DNA from: an uncultured Verrucomicrobiae bacterium
Lineage (GTDB): Bacteria; Verrucomicrobiota; Verrucomicrobiia; Limisphaerales; UBA11358
Assembly (NCBI GenBank): GCA_963806905.1
Contig: CAWEAA010000008.1
Span: 392,447-456,446, forward strand
DNA: 64,000 nt
Reading direction: 5' to 3'
In this document: positions 1 through 9,540 of the stretch, one piece after another
How positions within the stretch are numbered: position 1 is the first letter of the stretch
How the letters are laid out: each line of letters starts with the position of its first letter
Notes under the pieces: generated by a model
The model's database searches: none
What the model saw: only the letters and a program-made list of their open reading frames with translations
What the model was told of the DNA's origin: nothing
Translations under genes and position numbers: made by a program

Positions 1-53
1 GTTTGCCGGACGAGGGCCGCCACTTCGACGGCCGCGCCCACAAACCAGTTTAG

Positions 54-398
54 TTACTTCTTCAATCCACGGACGTAGGCCACAAGCGCCTTGACTTCGT
101 CGTCCGACAGGGGGGTATCCGCTCCGGTGACATATGCCTTCATCTTCGTCCTGCCATCCGCATCCTTGATGCCATCTTTAATGGCTTTCACCGCGTCTTC
201 ATCCTTGATGCCGGCCTGAACCTTGGCGTCGGTAAAATCCTTAATGCCAAATTTTTGGCCCATCTTGGTATCGCCCTTGCCGTCCGCGCCGTGGCACTTG
301 GCGCAGATTGTGTCCCAGTTTGCCTTGGCATCCGCAGCCGAGACGTTTAGCGCGACGGCGAAGCCAAATACAGTTGCAAGTACAAGTATCTTTTTCAT
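54..398 (-). CDS. small secreted mono-haem c-type cytochrome
   Basis: 114-aa ORF with signal peptide MKKILVLATVFGFAVALNVSA and a single CxxCH haem-binding motif (CAKCH). Confidence 0.8.
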   Translation of the reverse strand: MKKILVLATVFGFAVALNVSAADAKANWDTICAKCHGADGKGDTKMGQKFGIKDFTDAKVQAGIKDEDAVKAIKDGIKDADGRTKMKAYVTGADTPLSDDEVKALVAYVRGLKK

Positions 399-1031
399 CG
401 TTGGTTTCTATGTTTGTTAGTCGTTGCCGGCGCCGTTTTCGCGCCTTTCAGACAGAAAGATGGTGGAAGAGGAGCAAAACGACCAACCGTGTTTTGGCAA
501 AACCTTGACAATTTTTGGATTCACTTTTTGTATTATCAAACATTAATACACACCTCAGATTAAGTGATTCCTGATTTTTTGGCATTCGAGAGTTTTTGGA
601 CTGCGCACCGCGGGTGGTGAAAGGGTATTGCAGCCGCGGCAAGTCTGGTTTGACGTGACTTCGTTTTTTTGAGCCGCTTGATGGTGTTTGCCGGCAGTCA
701 GATTGGATTCATCGTTCCGGGACTTTTGCCGAAAAGCATGTGGAAAAGTCCCGCCGCAAGGCCGGCTTGACGCCGCGTGCCGGGATTTCGTGCCCGGCAA
801 AGACCGGCAAACAGGTCCTGCGCTTATTTGTTTTTCATGAATTTTGCTGCTTCCTTTAAGTCGTCGGTCGAGTTCCCGACTCTGTAGGAAAGTGCGCCCA
901 GCCCGGTTTGCCACTGTCCAGATTTTGGTATTCGAGGCGGATTGGGCGCTTTTCCAAACGTCTTATGGTCTTGAATCCGTCACAGTTCCTTTGGCCTCTT
1001 TCCTGCTTTAACTGGGGCAACAGTTGCCGAT

Positions 1032-1955
1032 ATGAACGATATAGACATCATACGCCTGACATCGGGGCTACTGCAGTTCGGGGTGGCTTGGTACGCGCTG
1101 CGCCTGGGCCGGCTTTTCAGGTCAACGCTCATGGGGTGGTTGCTTTTTGGTGCGCTCTCCCTCCTGGCGTTGCTGAGTTTGTTTCTCGCGGTGGAACCAT
1201 CTGATGCCGGCACCCAGTGGGGAATCAAAGTGGACGTCATTTACTCCCTGCTGCTGCTTGCAGGCATGACGCGCTTTTATCCCGGCCTCAAGAACTTCTT
1301 GCGGGAAGAGGAGGCGAAACGACAGGCGCTGGACAAATGGGAATCGCAAGTCAAGGAACAGTGGATGGAATTGATCAAAGTCAACGAAAAACTGCGCCAG
1401 ACGGTCAACCGGCTTGAGACGGAAATCGCCGAACGGAAACAGGCGCAGGAACAGGGGGAGAAAAATTTGCAGGCTCTGCTGGCCGCGTCGCGCCAGAACG
1501 AGCAAACCTTGCCGCCGGCCGCAACCAGGGTGGAAACAGAACTGATCGAACGGCAGCCTTCGCCGGCATCGGAACCGGCCGAGAAGAACGGCGAACCCCG
1601 GCTGAACGCCCCGTACAAAAACGGCGAGGAATCGCGACCGGTGGTTGCTGGATTCGACACGGAAATTATCGCGCCGAAGCCGGAACCGGAACCGGCGGAG
1701 AAGAATGGCGAACCCCCACGGACTGCCCCACACAAAAATGGCGAGGAATTACGAACGGGGATCGTCGAGCTCGACACGGAATTAATCGCGCCGGAACCGG
1801 AACCTGAACCGGCCGAAAAGAACAGGGAGTCCCTGCTGACCGCACCGCGCAAAACCCGGGAGGAAACGCGGCAAACCGTCTGCGTTTCTGACCGGAAAAT
1901 TGCCGGACGCAAACCAAGCCGGACGAGGCGGAAAAAGCCTGCCAAGACGCGCTGA
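1032..1955 (+). CDS. membrane-anchored coiled-coil protein with tandem 39-aa repeats (hypothetical)
   Basis: 307-aa ORF. Two N-terminal hydrophobic helices, a charged coiled-coil-like segment (EEAKRQALDKWESQVKEQWMELIKVNEKLRQ), then repeats PAEKNGEP...IAP(K/E)PEPE. No family recognised. Confidence 0.55.
   Translation: MNDIDIIRLTSGLLQFGVAWYALRLGRLFRSTLMGWLLFGALSLLALLSLFLAVEPSDAGTQWGIKVDVIYSLLLLAGMTRFYPGLKNFLREEEAKRQALDKWESQVKEQWMELIKVNEKLRQTVNRLETEIAERKQAQEQGEKNLQALLAASRQNEQTLPPAATRVETELIERQPSPASEPAEKNGEPRLNAPYKNGEESRPVVAGFDTEIIAPKPEPEPAEKNGEPPRTAPHKNGEELRTGIVELDTELIAPEPEPEPAEKNRESLLTAPRKTREETRQTVCVSDRKIAGRKPSRTRRKKPAKTR
1523..1880. repeat. in-frame 117-nt tandem repeat (about 3 units) inside CDS 1032-1955
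   Basis: GAACCGGC(C/G)GAGAAGAA(C/T)GGCGAACCC recurs at 1572 and 1689, and a diverged copy at 1806. The period is exactly 117 nt. Confidence 0.8.
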
Positions 1956-2140
1956 GCATCCCGGGTACCAGATCAATAGGCCCGCCCTGCTTCGATTCCG
2001 CAATTTGGAATTTGACCCCGTGAAACAGAGTCGCGGTTTCTGGTATAATAACATTCAATGTGCTTGATTTGTTGGACGCCTGGTACATTCCGCATTCTGG
2101 CCTTTAATCAAAATTAAGGCATTATCAATACAAACGCTGT

Positions 2141-4690
2141 TCAATTTGAGGCTGGCTCGATTTCGACATAATCAATGGGTGCCTTCTCGCCGCCGTCAGC
2201 GATGGCATCAATGCGAATCTCGTCGTTCGGACGCAGCGCAATGCCATGTGCGGTGTGCCGCGTGGAAGTGTGGCCGTTGGGAAGGGATGGAACATTGCGC
2301 GAAGGCAGCATGTCGTCCGCCAGCCATTGGTCAACGTTCTGTCCGGCCACGAAAAGTTTGTACTGCGACACGCCGTTGGTCTGGTCGTAATATTGCACCG
2401 CCAAATCAAACCAGCCCGGTTGGCCGGTATAATTGAAGCTGGCCGAACCGTGGCCATCGGCGCTGACAATGCGAATCGCCTTGCCGCCGGACGCCGTTTC
2501 CCACGGCGTCACGTCAAAGATTTCATACCCGTCCAGTTTCATGGATTCGGCTTCGATGCGGTTCGGGTCGTTCCCAACGCGGCCCTGCTGGTCGGGAATG
2601 CCGGACATTTTGAAAAACCACTGGCACACGGCATCGCGCCACTCCGTGGCATGGCCAACCTGATATTCCAGTCGCGCCAGCGTTTCATTGTAACGTTGTT
2701 CGTCGATTTTACCTTTGAGCGATTTCCACTGCTCAACCAGTCTTTGCACCTGCCCCACGCCTTTGTAATGCGTATCATAGATATGCTGAATCACAGTTTT
2801 GCCGGAATGCAAAACGTAGTTGTAGGGCACGTGATGGAAAAACAGGAGCAATTCGTCCGGGCAGGTTGCCAATGACTCGAACATGTCCGAAACGGGCGCA
2901 TGATATTGCGCGGTGAAACCGGTGCCGGTCGCGACGGTTCGGTCCATGCCAATGCCGTGCTCGTCACCACGATGCCATTGCCCCCAGCCGTTGCGTTCGG
3001 ACGATTCGATGCCCGGGCCGTAATGGACTTCGATAATGTCGGTCAATCCGCCCACGCCGAGCGGGCCGGTGTAATTTTCATAAGTGCGCCACGAATTTAA
3101 TTGCATGTCGGAAATTGTCCTGACGACCTGCGGGTCGTGACCGAAAGTCAACTTCGTCCATTCGTTTGCAATTTGGGTGCTGCTCAAGTCCGGATTCCAC
3201 GCGAGGCGACCGAAGCCGTAGAGATTCGCCAGCGCGAGCGGATGGCCGAGCCAGTTGATGTCGAGGCCGACATTGGCCACACCGGCAATTCCGCCAGTGG
3301 GTTGGCCGAAAACCTTTCCGGCTACCAGCGCCTTGACCGGCGTGTTCGCGCCCTTGGCGTGCACGTCGAAATCGAGCGTCTCCTTCCACATCGGCACTTC
3401 GAAGCACAGGTGACGTTGTTGGCCGAGATATTCCTGCGTGATTTGCAGTTCAATCACCAGGGCGGTCTTTTCGAGGCCGCCGAACAGCGGTGACGCCGGC
3501 TCGCGCACCTGAAAATCAATCGGCCCGTTCTTGATTTGAATGATGGCGTTGTCGTCGAATTTGCCGTCGAGGTCGTGAAAATTGTCGTAGGCGGCCTTGG
3601 CGCGGTCGTTTTTCAAATTGCGCCAGTCGGCGTGATGGTTGTAAACGAAGCCGCGATAAAAAACCATTCCGCCGTGCGCCTTGAGCGGGCGGGCGACCAC
3701 GTTCGCCGCGTCGGCGTGCGTGCGGCCGTAGGCCGACGGGCCGAGTTCGCCCTCGGAATCCGCCTTCATGATGAACCCGCCAAAGTCGGGAATCGCGGCG
3801 TAAATGGCATCCACCTTTTGGTTCCAGAAATCAATGACGCGCGGGTCGAGCGGGTCAAAGGTGTCGAGCCCGCCAATGCTTTTCGGGCTGCCAAAGTTGA
3901 TGCAGACAAACAGTTTCACGCCCCAGGGACGGAATGCCTCCGCCACGCGGGCGATTTCCGGGATATGTTCACTGTCAATGACGTGCGGATCCGCGTTGAC
4001 GTTGTTGATGGAACAACCGTTGATGCCGAGCGAAGCCAACAGGCGCGCGTAATCGCCCACGCGGGTCAGGTTTTTGATGATGTGTCCGTTGTCCCAAAAA
4101 ATGGACCTGCCGGCGTAACCGCGTTCAATGCTGCCGTTGGGATTGTCCCATTGGTTGATGATGCGGACCGGCGCATAAGGACTTTCCTTTTCATCGAGCG
4201 CCGAAATCGGTTCGTGCAACGACATTTTCCGCAACAAGGTGAAAGCGCCGTAAAGCACGCCGCGCTCGTTCGGCGCGGAAATGATAAGGACATTGCGTCC
4301 CTCAAGCCGAATCGTTTTCAAATCAAACCCGTCTTCCTTCAAATCCGCCGGCGCGTTGAAGGTCGGCACCACTTTTTTAATTTCGTCGAAGGTGCCGAGC
4401 AGGATGGCATTTTCATCCGGCAACGCCGTTTCGGTTCGCAAAGTTCTATCGAGCATGCCACGCACGCCGCGAATCAACTCGTTTTGGGCTGATTGGGCGA
4501 CTTCCGAACTGCCCAAAGTCACGACGGCGGCGGGCAGTGATTCGTCGTAATTTCTTTTGATTGAGGCATCGTCAATCTTTTCATAGCGGAGCCAGCCTTC
4601 GTAGCCGGTCTCCGCCCGCAATTGGACGGCAAAGGTGGAAATTGAAAGCAGCAGGACAAAAAAGCCGGGGGAGAAATGTGATGTTTTCAT
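2141..4690 (-). CDS. aguA: GH67 alpha-glucuronidase with C-terminal CBM-like module
   Basis: 849-aa ORF with a signal peptide. N-terminus ETGYEGWLRYEKIDD and overall length and sequence are typical of GH67. An extra C-terminal beta-sandwich-like ~130 aa is present (IEAESMKLDGYEIFD...YVEIEP). Confidence 0.9.
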   Translation of the reverse strand: MKTSHFSPGFFVLLLSISTFAVQLRAETGYEGWLRYEKIDDASIKRNYDESLPAAVVTLGSSEVAQSAQNELIRGVRGMLDRTLRTETALPDENAILLGTFDEIKKVVPTFNAPADLKEDGFDLKTIRLEGRNVLIISAPNERGVLYGAFTLLRKMSLHEPISALDEKESPYAPVRIINQWDNPNGSIERGYAGRSIFWDNGHIIKNLTRVGDYARLLASLGINGCSINNVNADPHVIDSEHIPEIARVAEAFRPWGVKLFVCINFGSPKSIGGLDTFDPLDPRVIDFWNQKVDAIYAAIPDFGGFIMKADSEGELGPSAYGRTHADAANVVARPLKAHGGMVFYRGFVYNHHADWRNLKNDRAKAAYDNFHDLDGKFDDNAIIQIKNGPIDFQVREPASPLFGGLEKTALVIELQITQEYLGQQRHLCFEVPMWKETLDFDVHAKGANTPVKALVAGKVFGQPTGGIAGVANVGLDINWLGHPLALANLYGFGRLAWNPDLSSTQIANEWTKLTFGHDPQVVRTISDMQLNSWRTYENYTGPLGVGGLTDIIEVHYGPGIESSERNGWGQWHRGDEHGIGMDRTVATGTGFTAQYHAPVSDMFESLATCPDELLLFFHHVPYNYVLHSGKTVIQHIYDTHYKGVGQVQRLVEQWKSLKGKIDEQRYNETLARLEYQVGHATEWRDAVCQWFFKMSGIPDQQGRVGNDPNRIEAESMKLDGYEIFDVTPWETASGGKAIRIVSADGHGSASFNYTGQPGWFDLAVQYYDQTNGVSQYKLFVAGQNVDQWLADDMLPSRNVPSLPNGHTSTRHTAHGIALRPNDEIRIDAIADGGEKAPIDYVEIEPASN

Positions 4691-4857
4691 CGCGTTTCAG
4701 AATGCATTTATCGCCAAAGGGTAGGAGAGGCAATTCGCTCCGCAAGGTGAAAGCGCCCGAGAATAGTACATTGTATTCCCTGCCTCACTCCGTCGTTGCC
4801 CGAATTCAAGAAAGCATTTATGATACTAACTTGAGTCATACGCGCAAAACCAGTCGC

Positions 4858-6519
4858 ATGAGTGTCGAACTACATTTCAACGGTCTGCGAACCAGCGTCA
4901 CGCCGGGTTCGTCGCTGTTCGATTACGCCGAATCGCTCGGCGTGCATGTGCCGACGTCCTGCCGCAAGCAGGGCAAATGCAAGGAGTGTGTCGTGGAGGT
5001 CGTCGAAGGCATGGAGTGTCTTTCCCCACCCGTGCCGGCGGAAAAACATTTGCAGGGCCAGTTCCGGTTGTCCTGTTCCTGTAAAATCATTGCCGACCCC
5101 GGCGTGGTCCGCTGCCACACGATGCGGCGCGGGGAGATGAAAATCGAACGTCACGCGTTTCAACTCCCGACGGGAGATAAAAAATGGAAACTGGATCCTG
5201 CCGTCACCCGCGATGGCGACCGGATCCTTCTGGACGGGGAGGAAATAGAACGTTCGCCCGGGCCGATTCACGGGCTGGCGCTGGATTTGGGGACGACGAC
5301 AATCGTTCTCCGGCTCTTGAACCTGGAAACCGGCGAGGTGGTCGCCGATGCTTCATTCGAAAATCCGCAACGCTTTGGCGGCTCGGACGTGATGGCGCGC
5401 ATCCATTACGACACGCACGACCACAGCAAATTGCTGCAACGGACGCTCGCCGGATATTTGAGCCACGCCATCGAGGAATTTCCGGTTGACCCAAAGACGA
5501 TTTACGAAATGGTCGTCGCGGGCAATTCCACCATGCGCGACCTGTTCTTTCGCTTGAACGTTTATTCCATCGGCCAAAGCCCCTATCGCTCCATCACCGA
5601 ACTGGAAATGGCGGAAGGCCGCCGGACGACGACCAGCCTGGCCGAGCCGGCGAAAAAGTTGTTGTTGCCACTGCATCCCCGGGCGCGGGCCTATGGCCTG
5701 CCCATCATCAGCGGTCACGTCGGCGCGGATGCCGCCGCCTGCATGCTGGCCGCGGATCTGGCGAATGAGGAACGGCTGGTGGCCGTCATGGACATCGGCA
5801 CGAACACGGAATTGATTCTGGGAAATAAAAACAAGATTTTCGCGGCGTCCTGTCCGGCCGGCCCGGCGTTTGAGGGTGGCAAGATTTCCTGCGGCATGCC
5901 GGGACTGCCGGGCGCCATCGAAAAGGTGAAGCTCAACCCGGACGGTTCATTTGCCGTGCAAGTGATCGGCGACGGTCGCGCGGAAGGCATTTGCGGTTCC
6001 GGCCTGGTGGATTTGTTGAGTGAACTTCTGAAGAACAATCGTATCAATTCCCTGGGCCGGTTTGAGAACGGTGAGGACAGGATTGTCCTCGAGGTGAACA
6101 GCGACTCGCCGGTTTATTTCTCCGAAAGCGACATCAACGAACTGGCGCAGGCCAAGGGCGCCAATGTCGCGGGCCTGCACATTATTTTCGATCAATACGG
6201 AGCCCGATTTGAAGACTTGGGCGTTTTTTATCTGGCTGGCGGCTTTGGCCGGCATCTGGACATTGGATCCTCGAAACGCATCGGCTTGATTCCGGACATT
6301 GACGATTCAAAAATTTTGCAGGTTGGCAACGCTTCGATTGAAGGCGCCTGCATCGCCTTGTTGTCGCGGACGAAGCGCATGGAACTGGAAGATATGGTCA
6401 AACACGTGACGCACTGCCGTCTGGAAGCCCACCCGCATTTCTTCGATTACTTCGTTGAAGGCTGCCAGTTTAATCCCGTGGTATCTCCAGACGCGCCGGC
6501 GGGCCGGCAAACTTCCTGA
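4858..6519 (+). CDS. RACo-type ATP-dependent corrinoid reductive activase (2Fe-2S ferredoxin + ASKHA ATPase)
   Basis: ATG 4858 lies in frame inside ORF 4561-6519. N-terminal plant-type ferredoxin domain (SCRKQGKCKEC = C-x5-C-x2-C). Actin-fold phosphate motifs LALDLGTTTIV and VMDIGTNTE. Confidence 0.85.
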   Translation: MSVELHFNGLRTSVTPGSSLFDYAESLGVHVPTSCRKQGKCKECVVEVVEGMECLSPPVPAEKHLQGQFRLSCSCKIIADPGVVRCHTMRRGEMKIERHAFQLPTGDKKWKLDPAVTRDGDRILLDGEEIERSPGPIHGLALDLGTTTIVLRLLNLETGEVVADASFENPQRFGGSDVMARIHYDTHDHSKLLQRTLAGYLSHAIEEFPVDPKTIYEMVVAGNSTMRDLFFRLNVYSIGQSPYRSITELEMAEGRRTTTSLAEPAKKLLLPLHPRARAYGLPIISGHVGADAAACMLAADLANEERLVAVMDIGTNTELILGNKNKIFAASCPAGPAFEGGKISCGMPGLPGAIEKVKLNPDGSFAVQVIGDGRAEGICGSGLVDLLSELLKNNRINSLGRFENGEDRIVLEVNSDSPVYFSESDINELAQAKGANVAGLHIIFDQYGARFEDLGVFYLAGGFGRHLDIGSSKRIGLIPDIDDSKILQVGNASIEGACIALLSRTKRMELEDMVKHVTHCRLEAHPHFFDYFVEGCQFNPVVSPDAPAGRQTS

Positions 6520-6528
6520 ATTTTTGAC

Positions 6529-7827
6529 ATGTTCGAACTGATTGACCCCCATCCACCCGTCAACGTGCAGGAGGCCGAATACCGGCGGTTGCTCGGATAT
6601 CCGAAGCAACACGTGCCGGACGGGCGGGCGCGCGAACTCGCCGACCAGGCGCGGGCATGGTATGCGGAAAACGGGAAGCCGTGGATTTATGCCCGGCAGA
6701 CCAGCGGCCTGGAACTGAAAAATAAACGGCTGCGGATGCACGGAACGGAATTCGCGTCGAAACAGCTTCACGATCAATTTATCGTCGCTCAGGCTCACAC
6801 GGCGGTGCTCGTCGCGGTGGGCGCCGGCCGGGAATGCGAGGAGATGGCGCGCCAGCTCTGGCAGGAGGGAAAACCGGACGAATATTTTTTCATGGAGATG
6901 TATGGCTCCGCGGTGGTCGAGCATCTGGTAACGGTGGCCAGCGGCCACATCTGCGGCTGGGCCGATCAAAACGGCATGGCAGCCCTGCCGCATTACAGTC
7001 CGGGTTATTCCGGCTGGGACATATCCGATCAAATCAAACTATGGAAATTGATCCGGCAAAAACCGGGCCGCGAATTTCCCGGCGACATTCAGGTGCTGGA
7101 CACCGGGATGTTGCGGCCCAAGAAATCGCTTTTGGCGGTGTTTGGTATCACGCGGCATTTGGACACGGTGCGGAACTTGGCGACATTGGTTCCCTGCGAA
7201 AACTGCTCGCTGCCGCGCTGTCAATATCGCCGCGCGCCGTATCAGCATTCGCCGCCGCAAATTGAAGACGTGCGCCGGTTCCAGGGCGGTGCGGTTGAAA
7301 AGCCGGAAGCGCCGGTCACCGCCGGCTCAACGCTGGATCATAATGCCAGATATACCGTCAATTCCCGTGCGTTGCAAAAATGGTCGCAGGAACGGCTGCA
7401 ATTGAAATTTTTGGAGGACCGTTCGGTGGCAGCCCGCTTTCGTTACGAAGGCACCACCTGTTCCAACCTGGGGCAGCCGCTGGCATTTGACTATGAAGTA
7501 AAACTCGGGCCGCCCGACGACGGCTACCGGGTGCTGGCAACCGGTTGCGTTCCGGCTCCCGGCGACCGCGGCCACAAAGACCAGTGCGAGTATCTGAACA
7601 ACGCTGAATCGCTCATGAGCAGCATTGCAAACGAGAAACCCCTGCTCGGCAAACCCTTGAACGAGGTTCTGGCCTGGGAACGTCCCTACGATCCTTCCGG
7701 CTGTTATTGCGATTTGGCCCGGCGCGCGCATAAATGGGGCCTGGTCTTTGAGGTGATTCATTACGCACTGGTCCGGCGCGAAAAGGAAACGGGCAGTGTT
7801 GGACAACCGGCGGGTTTTTTGAAATGA
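6529..7827 (+). CDS. MetH reactivation (SAM-binding) domain-like protein fused to an uncharacterised Cys-rich C-terminal half
   Basis: 432-aa ORF starting 9 nt after the activase stop. The N-terminal ~230 aa resemble stand-alone 'vitamin B12-dependent methionine synthase activation domain' proteins (YRRLLGYP, HYSPGYSGWDISDQ). The C-terminal ~190 aa carry CENCSLPRC and GCYC, with no family recognised. Confidence 0.6.
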   Translation: MFELIDPHPPVNVQEAEYRRLLGYPKQHVPDGRARELADQARAWYAENGKPWIYARQTSGLELKNKRLRMHGTEFASKQLHDQFIVAQAHTAVLVAVGAGRECEEMARQLWQEGKPDEYFFMEMYGSAVVEHLVTVASGHICGWADQNGMAALPHYSPGYSGWDISDQIKLWKLIRQKPGREFPGDIQVLDTGMLRPKKSLLAVFGITRHLDTVRNLATLVPCENCSLPRCQYRRAPYQHSPPQIEDVRRFQGGAVEKPEAPVTAGSTLDHNARYTVNSRALQKWSQERLQLKFLEDRSVAARFRYEGTTCSNLGQPLAFDYEVKLGPPDDGYRVLATGCVPAPGDRGHKDQCEYLNNAESLMSSIANEKPLLGKPLNEVLAWERPYDPSGCYCDLARRAHKWGLVFEVIHYALVRREKETGSVGQPAGFLK

Positions 7828-7840
7828 TGCGGTACTTTCG

Positions 7841-8167
7841 ATGACAAAACTTTGCGACATCAATGCGGCGGCAAAGGAAAAACTTCCGCCCGGGTTCGCC
7901 GACAAATCGGGCATCGGCGTGCAATACACTGATGCCTTCGTCAAACCCATGAACACCAAACTTCCCGATGGCACGCGTGTCGGCTGCAAACGCAAAGGGC
8001 TGAAATTGACGCTCATCGTCGGCACCAAAAAAGGCGAAGGCTTGATGCGCCGGCTCGATGTCAGCAAAGACCCGGTCGTGATGCTGAACGCCGCCCTTCA
8101 AGAAGCCGCGAAAGCCGCCGGCGTTGAATTGAAAGTCACGGACAGCGAAATTTTTATCACCGCGTAG
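7841..8167 (+). CDS. hypothetical protein (108 aa)
   Basis: ORF 13 nt after the previous stop and 17 nt before the next start, with composition like its neighbours. No motif recognised. Confidence 0.5.
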   Translation: MTKLCDINAAAKEKLPPGFADKSGIGVQYTDAFVKPMNTKLPDGTRVGCKRKGLKLTLIVGTKKGEGLMRRLDVSKDPVVMLNAALQEAAKAAGVELKVTDSEIFITA

Positions 8168-8184
8168 TCCAGCGCCTGCGGCTT

Positions 8185-9495
8185 ATGCAAAACAAACACG
8201 CTTCCAATTTTATTATTGCGTCGTTTTTTTTGGCGGTGGCGAATTTCTGTTGCGCGCAGCCGATGGTGGTCGCGCCGGACAAACCAGGCGGCGTCTATCA
8301 GGTCGGTGACACCGTTCATTGGATGGTCGAATGGAAAGGCGGCACCAATGTGCCCGCCGCGCATTACATCCTCAAGAGCGGCGGCCAGACGGGCCTGGGA
8401 CAGGGCAACTTAACCTTCAGCAACGATGTCGCCACGCTGGAGTCGAAGTTTGACCAGCCGAACACAATGCTGGTCGAAGTGCGGTGGCAGCCGGAGAACG
8501 CCACCAATCGTGCCGTTGGCGGCGCTGTCGCCGCGCCGGATAAAATCCTGCCGGCCGCGCCGCCGCCGGCCGATTTCGATGCGTTCTGGAAGGCCAAATT
8601 GAAGGAACTGAAAAAAGTCTCCGCCCATCCGAAGCTCGAAAAAGTGGACAGTGGAAAACCGGGTGTGGCGTATTGGAAAATCACCCTGGACAACATCGGC
8701 GGCACGCATATCCAGGGACAGATTGCGCGCCCTGAAAAAGGCGAAAAATTCCCGGCCTTGTTCATCCCGCAATGGGCGGGGGTTTACGGATTGCAAAAAA
8801 ATTGGGTGACGGACCGTGCGGCGGAAGGCTGGCTGGCACTGAACATCGAACCTCATGACCTGCCGATTGACAAACCCGAAGCGTTTTACAAGGAGCAATT
8901 CGCCGGGCCGCTCAAGGATTATTGGTCCATCGGCAACGACGACCGCGACCAGAGCTATTATTTGCGGATGTATCTGTCCTGTTATCGCGCGGTTGAATAT
9001 TTGAAGACGCGCCCGGACTGGAACGGCAAAACGCTGGTGGTGATGGGCGACAGCCAGGGCGGACAGCAGACCTTGATGATCGCCGGGCTGCATCCGCAAG
9101 ACATCACCGCGGCGCTGGCGCTCGTGCCGGCGGGCGGCGACATGCTCGCACCGGAGGTCGGTCGCGCGCCGGGCTTCCCGCGCTGGTATTTCAATACCGA
9201 AGGCGGCAAAGACCCCAACAAAGTGCACGAGGCGAGCCGGTATTACGACACCGCGAACTTCGCGCGGCATATCAGATGTCCCGTGCTCGTCGGACTCGGA
9301 TTGCGCGATGAAGTTTGTCCGCCATCCAGCGTGTTTGCCTTGGAGAATCAGATCACTTCGCCCAAAGAAGTTGTTATCCTCCCGAAATCCGGCCATCAGG
9401 ACGAGCACGGTACGCAAGCTGCCTACGACAAACGCCGCTGGAGCGCCTGGCTGCCCGCGTTGCGACAAGGCAAGCCCGCGCCCGTGGAGCAATAG
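8185..9495 (+). CDS. CE7-type acetylxylan esterase
   Basis: 436 aa with a signal peptide. Alpha/beta hydrolase with nucleophile elbow GDSQGG and a C-terminal SGHQDEH region as in AXE1/cephalosporin-C deacetylase. An extra N-terminal domain is present. Confidence 0.8.
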   Translation: MQNKHASNFIIASFFLAVANFCCAQPMVVAPDKPGGVYQVGDTVHWMVEWKGGTNVPAAHYILKSGGQTGLGQGNLTFSNDVATLESKFDQPNTMLVEVRWQPENATNRAVGGAVAAPDKILPAAPPPADFDAFWKAKLKELKKVSAHPKLEKVDSGKPGVAYWKITLDNIGGTHIQGQIARPEKGEKFPALFIPQWAGVYGLQKNWVTDRAAEGWLALNIEPHDLPIDKPEAFYKEQFAGPLKDYWSIGNDDRDQSYYLRMYLSCYRAVEYLKTRPDWNGKTLVVMGDSQGGQQTLMIAGLHPQDITAALALVPAGGDMLAPEVGRAPGFPRWYFNTEGGKDPNKVHEASRYYDTANFARHIRCPVLVGLGLRDEVCPPSSVFALENQITSPKEVVILPKSGHQDEHGTQAAYDKRRWSAWLPALRQGKPAPVEQ

Positions 9496-9540
9496 AATTT
9501 CGGAAGGGCGAGTGGCGCCCGAACTTTGACCAGGATTGGC

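Noticed and set aside
3536-4492. 318-aa ORF on the plus strand, and many similar long ORFs (e.g. 8410-9492, 19014-20078, 34256-35254, 36871-37968, 39457-40746, 44599-45585, 55738-57117, 59285-60193)
   Set aside because: All lie antisense to, or out of frame with, genes that have clear family signatures. Their translations are Arg/Gly/Ala/Pro-rich low-complexity sequence, typical of shadow ORFs in GC-rich DNA.
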